Shown here piece by piece: positions 40,301-49,310 of a stretch of DNA of 64,000 nucleotides. Origin of the DNA: an uncultured Acidobacteriota bacterium (GTDB lineage: Bacteria > Acidobacteriota > Thermoanaerobaculia > Multivoradales > SZUA-115); NCBI GenBank assembly GCA_963805975.1, contig CAWDVR010000001.1, forward strand, positions 704,001 to 768,000, written 5' to 3'. Numbering within the stretch: position 1 is the stretch's first letter; every line of letters starts with the position of its first letter. Made by a program: the position numbers and the translations under genes. The notes beneath the pieces were generated by a model. It was given only the letters and a program-made list of their open reading frames with translations. It made no database searches and was not told where the DNA came from.

Positions 40301-41554
40301 GTGAGCATACCGCTGCTGGCCCTGGCGGGACTGGCCCTCGTGGGAGTGGGCTGCGGCGGTGTCCTGACCCCGGACGGAGCCCTGACCGCCAACACGTCCG
40401 ACCACGGCGCCGCCGAGGACCGCTGGCGGGTGCGCCGCGGAGATTTTGCCGAGCGCCTGGTGCTGACCGGCGAGCTGGCCGCCGAGGAAGGCGTACAGAT
40501 CGCCGTGCCGCGCACTCCCTCCTGGCAGGTGCAGATCCGCTGGCTGGTCGAGGACGGCACCCGCGTCGAGGTGGGGGACAGGATCCTCGATCTCGACAAC
40601 TCCTCCTTCACCTCCGATCTCGAAGAGACCCGCTCGAAAGCGGGCGACAAGGCGGGCGAGCTGGTCCACCGGCGCGCCTCGCTCGCCGCCGACGAGGCGG
40701 ATGCCCGGTTCACCGTGGAGCAGCGCCGCGCCGACCTCAGGAAGGCCGAGCTCAAAGCGGCGGTGCCTGCCGACCTCGTCGCACGCCGTGACGTCGAGGA
40801 GCGCCAGCTCGCGCTGCGTAAGGCCGAGCTGGCGCTGGCCAAGGCCGAGGCGGACCTCAAGGCCAAGCTCGCCACCGCCGCCGCCGAGCTGGCGCAGATC
40901 GAGCTCGATCTCGCCAGCCAGCGGCGGGAGATCGCCGCCGCGGAGCAGGCCATCCAGGCGCTGTCGGTCACGACGCCCGCCGCCGGCGTGGTGCTGGTGG
41001 CGGACCATCCCTGGGAGCGGCGCAAGATCGAGGAGGGCGACCGGGTCTACGTCGGGCTGGTGGTCGCCACCATCCCCGACGTCTCGAAGATGACGGTCCG
41101 GGCGTCGCTCTCCGACGTCGACCACGGGCGCCTCGCCACGGGCCAGGAGGTCGAGTGCGTGGTGGACGCCTATCCCGACTCGCCGTTCGGCGGGCGGGTG
41201 ACGGCCTTGACGCCGGTGGCGCGGGAGGCGGGCCGGGGGTCTCTGCGCCGCTTCTTTGCGGTGGCGATCGCTCCCGAGCCCGGGGCCCGGGGCTCTGGGG
41301 CCCTGGACCCCGAGCGGCTCCGGCCCGGCATGTCGGTCAAGGTGGTGGTGCGCTCCAACCCGCGGCCGGCTGCCCTGCTCGCGCCCCGCGCCGGCCTCGA
41401 CCTCGCCGCCGCGCCGCCGCGGGCCCGGCTCGCCGACGGTGGCTGGGCGGCGATCGCCGTCGGTCCCTGCAACGCGGGCGAGTGCGTGGTCGAGAGTGGT
41501 CTCGACGAGGGCACGCTGCTGGCCTCGGCCGATATCGGCGGAGACCGCTCGTGA
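40301..41554 (+). CDS. Efflux periplasmic adaptor (HlyD/MacA-like) 1
   Basis: GGAG then GTG start (start approximate); coiled-coil hairpin, VTTPAAGVV, LRPGMSV. Confidence 0.8.
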   Translation: MSIPLLALAGLALVGVGCGGVLTPDGALTANTSDHGAAEDRWRVRRGDFAERLVLTGELAAEEGVQIAVPRTPSWQVQIRWLVEDGTRVEVGDRILDLDNSSFTSDLEETRSKAGDKAGELVHRRASLAADEADARFTVEQRRADLRKAELKAAVPADLVARRDVEERQLALRKAELALAKAEADLKAKLATAAAELAQIELDLASQRREIAAAEQAIQALSVTTPAAGVVLVADHPWERRKIEEGDRVYVGLVVATIPDVSKMTVRASLSDVDHGRLATGQEVECVVDAYPDSPFGGRVTALTPVAREAGRGSLRRFFAVAIAPEPGARGSGALDPERLRPGMSVKVVVRSNPRPAALLAPRAGLDLAAAPPRARLADGGWAAIAVGPCNAGECVVESGLDEGTLLASADIGGDRS

Positions 41555-42759
41555 AGCGCCGCACCGCTCTCCTGCTCGCCGCGCTGGTGGTTCTCGCGGG
41601 CGGTGGCTGGGCCTGGTCACGGCTGGCGTGGGGCTCCTCCGAAGACCGGGAGGAGGGCTGGGTCGCGGTGAGCCGAGGCGATCTCACGCTCGGCGTCGAG
41701 CTCACGGGCGTGCTCAGGGCGGCGCGGTCCACGAGCCTGGGGCCGCCGACGGTCGAGGGCCTCTGGGAGTACAAGATCTCCTTCCTGGCGCCCGAGGGAG
41801 CGGAGGTGGAGGCTGGCATGCCGGTGCTGGGCTTCGACGCCTCGCAGCTCGAGCGCCAGCTTCTCGAGCGCCGGAACGAGGGCGAGCAGGCCGAGACCGA
41901 GCTCGAGCAGAAATCCGCCGAGCTCGAGCGCCGGCGGCAGGATCTCGCCCTGCGGCTCACCGAGGCCCGGGCCCAGGCCCGGCGCCTCGAGCTCGCCACC
42001 GCCATGCCCGCCGAGCTGGTGGCGGCCAAGGAAGCGGACGAGAAGTCGATCGACAGCTCCGTGGCCAGCCGCGAGGTGCAGTTCCTGGAGCGCAAGATCG
42101 AGCTCGACCTCGAGCAGGCGAGGGCCGAGCTGGGGGCGGTGCGGGGCCGCCGCGACCGTGCTCTCTCCCGCGTTGCCGAGCTCGAGCGCGACATCGGCCG
42201 GCTGATGGTGCCGGCGCCGCGGCCGGGCACGGTGCTCTACGCCGGCGACGATCGCGAGCGCAAGGTCAAGGTGGGCGACTCGGTGTGGCAGGGCCGCACG
42301 GTGCTCGAGATCCCCGACCTGGTCGAGATGAGAGGCGACGGCGAGATCGACGAGACCGACGTCGGCCGCGTGGCCGTGGGCCAGCCGGTCACGTTCACCC
42401 TGGACGCTTTTCCCGACGTCGAGTACCGCGGGCGCGTCGAGCAGATCGGTGCCGCCATCACCTGGCGGGGCGGCGGCTCGCCCGGCAAGGTGGTGAAGGT
42501 CGAGGTGGCGCTGGACGAGACCGACCCCACCCGCATGCGGCCCGGCATGCGCCTGCGCGGCAAGGTGGTGACCGAGCAGGTGGAGGAGGCGCTGCTCCTG
42601 CCCCTCGACGCGGTGAGCATGACGGCGGCCGGCCCGCGCGTGCTGCGGCGCCGGCTGCTGGGCGAGGAAGAGGTGCCGGTCGAGCTGGGCCGGCAAGCCG
42701 AGGGCAAGGTCGAGGTGGTGGCCGGGCTCGCCCCCGGCGACCGGGTGAGGAGGCCATGA
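41551..42759 (+). CDS. Efflux periplasmic adaptor 2
   Basis: N-terminal TM anchor, VPAPRPG, IDETDVGRV, MRPGM, GLAPGDRV. Confidence 0.85.
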   Translation: MKRRTALLLAALVVLAGGGWAWSRLAWGSSEDREEGWVAVSRGDLTLGVELTGVLRAARSTSLGPPTVEGLWEYKISFLAPEGAEVEAGMPVLGFDASQLERQLLERRNEGEQAETELEQKSAELERRRQDLALRLTEARAQARRLELATAMPAELVAAKEADEKSIDSSVASREVQFLERKIELDLEQARAELGAVRGRRDRALSRVAELERDIGRLMVPAPRPGTVLYAGDDRERKVKVGDSVWQGRTVLEIPDLVEMRGDGEIDETDVGRVAVGQPVTFTLDAFPDVEYRGRVEQIGAAITWRGGGSPGKVVKVEVALDETDPTRMRPGMRLRGKVVTEQVEEALLLPLDAVSMTAAGPRVLRRRLLGEEEVPVELGRQAEGKVEVVAGLAPGDRVRRP

Positions 42760-44085
42760 CCGCGACCGGAAGGCGCCGGCTCGCCTGGGCGCTCGGCGGG
42801 GCCGCGGCCGTGGCCCTCGTCGCCGCGGCGCTCTGGGCCCTGGCGGCGGGCGGCGCGCCCTCCGCGGTGCCGACCTGGACCGTGGTGCGGCAGGACTTCG
42901 CGCACGTGGTGACCGCCGACGGGGCCCTGGTGGCTGTCGAGTCGGTGCCGGTGGTGGTGCCGCAGGACGCGCCGACCCCCGCCCGCCTCGCCTGGCTGGC
43001 GCCCGACGGCAGCGCCGTCAAGGCCGGCGATGTGGTGCTGCGCTTCGATCCCTCGGAGCTCGAGAAGCAACGGCTGACGGCGACCGACGAGCTGGCGCGC
43101 AGCCGTTTCGAGCTCGAGCGCAAACGGGCCGAGGACGAGGCCAAGCTCGGCAACCTCGGCCGCGACGCCGAGGCCGCGCGGCTCGAGGCCCGCCACGCCG
43201 GCGAGTTCACCAGCCGCGACCCGGAGATCTACTCGCGGCGCCAGATCATCGAGTCCGAGATCGACGCCGACCTGGCGCGCGGCCGGCTGGAGCACTCCGA
43301 GCGCTCCGCCGCGACCCAGGGCCGCATGGCCGGGCTCGAAGGAGAGCTCCTCGGCCTCAAGCGCAAGCGGAGCGAGCTCGAGCTGGCGCGCACCCGCGAG
43401 GGCCTGGCCGCGCTCACCGTGACGGCGCCTTTCGACGGCATCCTGATGCTGGAGCGCGGCTGGCGCGGCGAGCTGCCGCAGGTGGGCGACAGCCTGTGGC
43501 CGGGCCAGGCGATCGCCGAGATCCCGCGCCTCGGGGAGATGGCGGCTGAGGTCTACGTGCTGGAAGCGGATGCCGGCGGCCTGGCGGCCGGCCAGCACGC
43601 GATGGTCCTCGTCGAGGCCCACCCGGAGCACCGGTTCGGCGCCACCGTCGAAGCGGGTGGGGAAGATCGCGCAGGCACGCATCCCCGGCTCGCCGGTGCA
43701 GTACTTCACCGTCACCCTGGCGCTCGAGCGCACCGACCCGAACCTGATGACCCCCGGCCAGCGGGTGCGGGCGGATCTCGAGCTCGAGAGAGAGCCGGGT
43801 GCCCTGGTGGTGCCGCGGCAGGCGATCTTCGAGCGCGGGGGAGAGCTGGTGGTCTACCGGGTGGAAGGCGACGGCTTCGAGCCGGCGACGGTGACCCTCG
43901 GTCCGACCGGGCCCGGCAAGGCGGTGGTCGCCTCGGGCCTGGCGGAAGGGGACGTCGTCGCCCTCGTCGATCCCGGGAAGCGGGCCGCGGACCTCGTGCC
44001 CGCACCCCAGCCCGCGACTGCGCCGGCCGCGCCCGCGGGTCCGACTACGCGGGGCTCGGAAGCAAGGGGATCCGGCAGCCCATGA
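42756..44085 (+). CDS. Efflux periplasmic adaptor 3 (one frameshift near 43650)
   Basis: TM anchor, VTAPFDG, VLEADAG in the first frame; MTPGQRV, VPRQAI, GLAEGDVV continue in ORF 43570..44085. Confidence 0.8.
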
Positions 44086-45320
44086 TGAGCCCCGGTGAGG
44101 CGGTCTCGACCGCCCTCGAGGACCTGGCGGCGCACAAGCTACGCTCGCTCCTCACCATGCTCGGCATGATCTTCGGCGTCGGCGCCGTCATCGCCATGCT
44201 CGCCATCGGCGCCGGTGCTGAGCGCCAGGCGCTGGCGCTGATCGAGCGCCTGGGCCTCTCGCAGGTGCTGGTGCGCGCCCGGGAGCTCAAGGGCGAGGAG
44301 GTCGAGCGGGTGCGCGCCAAGTCGCTGGGCGTCTCGCTGCGCGACGCCGAGGCCATCGCCGCCGCCCTGCCCGAGGTCGAGCGGGTGGTGCCGCGCATCA
44401 GGGTCGAGCCCTACAAGGTCTACTCGGCGGCCGGCAAGTCGGGCGCCCAGGTCTTCGGCGTCTCGCCGGACTATGCCCGCGTGGCGGGGGTGCGCCTCGC
44501 CGAGGGCCGCTTCCTCGATGCCCGCGACGAGGCCACGCATGGCCAGGTCTGCGTGCTCGGCGCCGGCGCGCGGCGCGACCTCTTCGGCTACGGCCCGGCG
44601 GTGGGCCAGGACGTGAAGGTCAACGACGTCTGGCTCGAAGTGATCGGGGTCGCCGAGGCCGGGGGCGGCGGGGCCGATTCCTTTCAGGGGGTCTCGATCG
44701 GCTCCTCGACCGAGGAGATCTTCGTGCCCGCCTCGACCGCGGCGCGCAAGTTCGACGTCAACTCCCTGGCCTCGCCGGTCGACGAGCTGGTGGTGCGGCT
44801 CCACGAGGGGCGCTCGGCCGAGAGCGCGGCGGCGCAGATCGAAGCGCTGCTGAGGCGCCTGCATGCCGGCGAGCGCGACTACGAGCTGATCGTGCCGGCA
44901 CTCCTCCTCGAGCAGAGCCGCCGCACCCAACGGCTGTTCAACGCCGTGATGGCCTCGATCGCCGGCATCTCGCTCCTGGTGGGTGGCATCGGCATCATGA
45001 ACATCCTGCTCGCCACCGTGCTCGAGCGCACGCGCGAGATCGGCCTGCGCCGCGCGGTGGGGGCCCGGGCGCGCGACATCCGCTTTCAGTTCGTGGTCGA
45101 AGCCTTCACCATCAGCCTGATCGGCGGCACGGCCGGCATCCTGCTCGGCCTGGGGCTCGCCCGCGGGGTGGCGGCCTGGGCAGGCTGGGAGACGCTGGTG
45201 ACGCCGGCCTCGGTAGTTCTCGCCACCGGGGTCGCGACCCTGGTGGGCCTCGCCTCCGGGTTCTATCCCGCGCATCGCGCGGCGTCGCTCGACCCCATCG
45301 ATGCCTTACGCTACGAATGA
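44082..45320 (+). CDS. MacB/FtsX-type ABC permease
   Basis: HKLRSLLTMLGMIFGV, VGGIGIMNI, ERTREIGLRRAVGA, LDPIDALRYE. Confidence 0.92.
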   Translation: MMSPGEAVSTALEDLAAHKLRSLLTMLGMIFGVGAVIAMLAIGAGAERQALALIERLGLSQVLVRARELKGEEVERVRAKSLGVSLRDAEAIAAALPEVERVVPRIRVEPYKVYSAAGKSGAQVFGVSPDYARVAGVRLAEGRFLDARDEATHGQVCVLGAGARRDLFGYGPAVGQDVKVNDVWLEVIGVAEAGGGGADSFQGVSIGSSTEEIFVPASTAARKFDVNSLASPVDELVVRLHEGRSAESAAAQIEALLRRLHAGERDYELIVPALLLEQSRRTQRLFNAVMASIAGISLLVGGIGIMNILLATVLERTREIGLRRAVGARARDIRFQFVVEAFTISLIGGTAGILLGLGLARGVAAWAGWETLVTPASVVLATGVATLVGLASGFYPAHRAASLDPIDALRYE

Positions 45321-45338
45321 CCCCGAGAGGATGAATCG

Positions 45339-46332
45339 ATGCGTCTCAAGCTGCCCCTGATCCTGATCGGTGCGACTCTGCTCTTGGCCTCCGCAGTCCC
45401 GGGCGCCGCCCAGCCCGAGCCCGACTTCCAAGACGAGCGTGCCTGGCCCGCTACCCCTGGCGGGCGCCTGGTTCAACCTCGGCTCGATGAACAAAATGTT
45501 CACCGCGGTGGCCGTCGCCCAGCTCGTCGCGCAGGGCAAGCTCGGGTTTGACGACCCCGTCAGCAAGTGGCTGGGGCCGGACTGGCTGAAGAAGGAGTAC
45601 GCCGACGCCATCCAAGTGCGGCACCTGCTGTCGCACACCTCGGGCCTGGGCAGCTTCTTCACGGAGAGCTGGGACCGCGCTTCCCGGGCCCTGTACCGCA
45701 CCGTCGAGGACTACAAGCCCCTGGTCGCCGCCGAGGTCCCCGCCTTCGCACCCGGCCAGGGCTGGCAGTACAGCAACACGGGCTTCGTCGTGGCCGGTGC
45801 GATCGTCCAGAAGGCCAGCGGCCAGGACTATTTCGACTACGTCCGGCAGCACATCTAGAAGGCCGCCGGGATGGAGCGTTCCGACAGCTACGCCATGGAC
45901 GAGCCGGTCGAGAACCTGGCGATCGGCTACTTCAAGGACATTGGCCCGGGCGGCATGCGCTGGAAGAACAACCTCTTTGTGCATGTCATCCAGGGCGGGC
46001 CGGCCGGCGGCGGGTACTCGACTGTCGGCGACCTGGTGCGCTTCGGCCAGGCACTGCGCTCGGGCAAGCTGGTGCGGCCCGAGATGGCCGAAGTGCTGTG
46101 GAGCCCGAAGCCCGAGCTGGGCTCGCCGGAGTACGGGTTCGGCTTCGGCGTGCGCGGGGGGCCGGGCAACCGCATCGTAGGCCACAGCGGCGGGTTCCCC
46201 GGCATCAGCGCGCAGCTCGATCTGTTCCTGGACCGGGGCTACAGCGTGGCCGTGCTTGCGAACTACGACACGATCGCGGGCCGGGTCGCCGAGCGGATCC
46301 GCGAGCTGCTGTCGCGAGTACCGGTCAACTGA
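45339..46332 (+). pseudogene. Disrupted serine hydrolase (beta-lactamase family)
   Basis: Signal-peptide fragment out of frame with FNLGSMNK (SxxK), LLSHTSG, YSN; in-frame TAG at 45856-45858; GHSGG in the C-terminal part. Confidence 0.8.
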
Positions 46333-46461
46333 GGGTGAGAGCCGACTGATCTCCGGCGGCGGCGAGCGGCCATTCCTCCACGGCTTACGTCGGCTGTTGC
46401 AAGGACATCAATAGCTCTCGGCAGGCCGCTCCAAGGGCTTTTTCCCTGTCATAATCGCCGG

Positions 46462-48273
46462 ATGCTTCGCCTGGTAGCGTACGCACCGGACGGTGTGCGG
46501 CGGTTCCCCATCCATCGCAACGAGCTGATGATCGGCAGCGAGCCCGGCTGCGACGTCTATCTGCCCTACACCGGCGTGGCGCAGAACCACGCCCGGCTGC
46601 GCTTCGACGGCGAGCGCCTGCGCATCGAGGATCTGGGCAGCCGCCGCGGCGTGACGGTGGGCGGCCGCCGGGTGAAGGACGCGGCGCTCGAGCTGCTGGA
46701 CGAGGTGCGCCTCGGCACGGTGACCCTGCTGGTGGAGGACATCGCACCCGAGGCCCGCCTGCCGCAGCTCCCCTCGCCTTCCGCGCGGGCGGTCGCGGCC
46801 CGCGAGCCGCGCATCACGCCCGAGGTGATGCTCCATCACCTGTCGCAGATCTCGAACTGGGTCCTGGCCGACGTCGAGAGCCGCACGCCGCTCGAGAGCC
46901 TGGTCACGGCGCTCCTCGCCGACCTCGGTGGCGGCGCCCTCTTCCTGCTGCACGGGGACCTCTCCGTCGAGCTCGGGAGCAAGTTCGTTGCCGCCACCCA
47001 CTCGGCATGGCTCTCGGCCGGGGTGGAGCTCCTGGAGCAGGTCCGCCGGCACGCCGAGGGGCGCCCGGTCCCCTACCGCCAGGAGAGCTTCCCGGGAGCG
47101 CTCGGCGGCGCGCCCGCGTGGGTCGCCTACCACGCCTTCGAGGCCGTGGAGCGGCCCTATCTGCTCGTGGTGGCGCTGCCGCGGTTCACCGGCGAGGGCT
47201 GGTCGCCCTCCGGCTCGCTCCAGGTGCTCGGCGACCTCCTGGTGCTCGGGCTGGTGCACCACGTCGGCTGGTACGAGCCCATCCTGCCGGGCCGCCTGGT
47301 GCAGCGCGACCTGGTGCTAGACCCGGCGCTGGTGGTGGGGGAGTCCGAGACGATGAAGGCGGTGGTCGAGCAGCTCCGCCTGGGGCTCGACCCGGAGGTC
47401 CACGCTCTGCTGCGCGGCGAGCCGGGGGTGGGCAAGGAGCTGGTGGCGCGCTCGCTCCACGCGTCGAGCACCCGCCGCGAGCGGCCGTTCGTGGTGGCCA
47501 CCTGTGCCGGCGCGCCGCCGCCGGTGCTGGAGGCGGACCTCTTCGGCGCCGAAGTGGCGGGCAAGGACACCGTGGTGCGGCGCGAGGGCAAGCTCCTGCT
47601 CGCCAACGGCGGCACGCTCTTCCTGGCCAACGTCGAGAAGCTGCCGCTCGAGCTGCAGGCGCGGCTGGTGCGCTTCCTGCGCTCGGGCGAGGTGGAGCCG
47701 ATGGGAGGCTTGGGCGCCGTCAAGGTCGACGTGCGGCTGATCGCCGCCTCGTCCGGCCCCCTCGAGCCGCACGTGGCCCGCGACACCTTCCGCGTCGACC
47801 TCGCCTACCGCCTGTCGCAGTTCATGATCGACGTGCCGGCGGTGCGCGAGCGGCGGGAGGACCTGCCGCTGCTCCTCCAATCGTCGATCAACCGCTGCTG
47901 CCACGAGACCGGCAAGCGCATGCAGGGCATCACCGTCAAGGCGATGTCGGCACTCCTCGCCTACGACTACCCCGGCAACCTGGCCGAGCTCGACAACGTC
48001 GCCCGGCAGCTCGTCTACCTCTGCCCGGCGGGCAAGCCCATCGACCTCAACATCCTGCCGGAGAAGATACGGCTCGCGACCGTGCAGTCCGCCGGGCGCG
48101 TGGACGCGACCTCCGACCTCGACCTCGAGCACCTGCTCGCCGCCACCGAGCGCTCCGCCATCCGCGAAGCCCTGCGCCGCGCCAACGGCACCAAGTCCCA
48201 GGCCGCCCGCCTCCTGGGCCTGTCGAGAAACGGCCTGGCGATGAAGATGGAGCGCTACGGGATCAAGGCGTAG
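46462..48273 (+). CDS. FHA + degenerate sigma54-activator AAA+ + Fis-HTH regulator
   Basis: FHA-like IGSEPGCD...HARL...EDLGS; GEPGVGKE; C-terminal SQAARLLGLSR; GAFTGA and Walker B are degenerate. Confidence 0.85.
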   Translation: MLRLVAYAPDGVRRFPIHRNELMIGSEPGCDVYLPYTGVAQNHARLRFDGERLRIEDLGSRRGVTVGGRRVKDAALELLDEVRLGTVTLLVEDIAPEARLPQLPSPSARAVAAREPRITPEVMLHHLSQISNWVLADVESRTPLESLVTALLADLGGGALFLLHGDLSVELGSKFVAATHSAWLSAGVELLEQVRRHAEGRPVPYRQESFPGALGGAPAWVAYHAFEAVERPYLLVVALPRFTGEGWSPSGSLQVLGDLLVLGLVHHVGWYEPILPGRLVQRDLVLDPALVVGESETMKAVVEQLRLGLDPEVHALLRGEPGVGKELVARSLHASSTRRERPFVVATCAGAPPPVLEADLFGAEVAGKDTVVRREGKLLLANGGTLFLANVEKLPLELQARLVRFLRSGEVEPMGGLGAVKVDVRLIAASSGPLEPHVARDTFRVDLAYRLSQFMIDVPAVRERREDLPLLLQSSINRCCHETGKRMQGITVKAMSALLAYDYPGNLAELDNVARQLVYLCPAGKPIDLNILPEKIRLATVQSAGRVDATSDLDLEHLLAATERSAIREALRRANGTKSQAARLLGLSRNGLAMKMERYGIKA

Positions 48274-48440
48274 CTGTTCAGGCCGAAAAGCTCTCCGCTC
48301 CCCTCCAGAGTGCAAGGTTGTCTGCTGCACAGTTTGCCAAGCCACAGGAGGGATTGGAGCCTGCGTGCCGGTCCAGTAACTAGGAGAGAAACGAAGCGCA
48401 TACTTCTCACCTTGGCTCGCCACCTGTCATCCCCAGCTAT

Positions 48441-48528
48441 CGCGGTAGGTCGCGCCGTCAGCTTCCCGGGGCGCTAACCCCTCGGCCGCATATTCAGGGC
48501 CGTAAGCTCTGGCTGACCTACCATCGCG
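48441..48528. other. Structured intergenic element (three-way junction) between convergent genes
   Basis: Nested pairings GGTAGGTC/GACCTACC, AGCTT/AAGCT, GGGG/CCCC, GGCC/GGCC. Confidence 0.5.
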
Positions 48529-48591
48529 AGCCGCGGCAGGTTCGAAACACCCCAACGGCGTGAGTCAGGGGCACCTGCGCAGCAGCCTTCG

Positions 48592-49113
48592 CTACGAGCT
48601 CACGCCGTAGCGTTCTCTCAGAATCCCCAAGTGGTGGTTGGTGTGCCCGGCCATGATGAAGGCCAGGGCGCGGACCGAGACTGGGTGGCCGTTGGCGGTG
48701 CCGACCCGCTGCCAGGCTTCCGGAGGCAGGTTGCGGAACAGGGCGAGGTTGGCCTTGCGGACCAGGCCCAGCTCGTCGACGAGCGTCGCCAGCGGCAGCT
48801 CGTGGTAGTTCGAGGCCACGATGTACTGGTTCTCGTCGAAGCCCGGGAGGGGCGTCTCGTCGCCACGGCCGATGCGGAACGCGCGTTGGCCGAAGATCCG
48901 CTCGGCGTCGATCAGGTGGCCCATCACCTCGCGCACGCTCCACTTGCCGGGCGCGTAGCGATGCTCCTCCTGTTCGGCGGAGCAGGCGCCCGCGAGGCGG
49001 CGGACCTCCGACTCCTGCTCGGTGAGAAGCTGCAGCACATCCCCGTCCGGCACTTTGGAAATGTAGCCGGCGTAGAAGGTCGCGTACTCGGACGTCTCGG
49101 GCCTCTCGACCAT
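48592..49113 (-). CDS. DinB-family protein
   Basis: RYAPGKWSVREVMGHLIDAERIF, PLPGFDEN, AGHTNHH. Confidence 0.9.
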   Translation of the reverse strand: MVERPETSEYATFYAGYISKVPDGDVLQLLTEQESEVRRLAGACSAEQEEHRYAPGKWSVREVMGHLIDAERIFGQRAFRIGRGDETPLPGFDENQYIVASNYHELPLATLVDELGLVRKANLALFRNLPPEAWQRVGTANGHPVSVRALAFIMAGHTNHHLGILRERYGVSS

Positions 49114-49310
49114 CGTTCCCCTCCCGTCTGTTGGAGCCGAAGTATAGCGGCGCGCGCGGGTCCGACCTGAAGGCCGGCGTGTAACAAAAAGAGGCAGCCC
49201 GGTGCCCACCTTCATCGGCTGTCCTCCCATCGGGCGCTCGGCCAACCAACGCAGGGATCTGCGCCGTGCCTCCTGGCCGTTGCACCGGAGAGGTGTTGCG
49301 GACAGGAGAG

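Noticed and set aside
41256-45320. 1354-aa apparent adaptor-permease fusion
   Set aside because: Produced by an off-frame 5' extension and the single-base shift near 43650; the adaptor's true C-terminus is in another frame and the permease has its own ATG at 44082
48441-48528. Known riboswitch (fluoride, c-di-GMP, yybP) or tRNA
   Set aside because: Consensus nucleotides do not match by eye, there is no cloverleaf, and it is not in a 5' UTR
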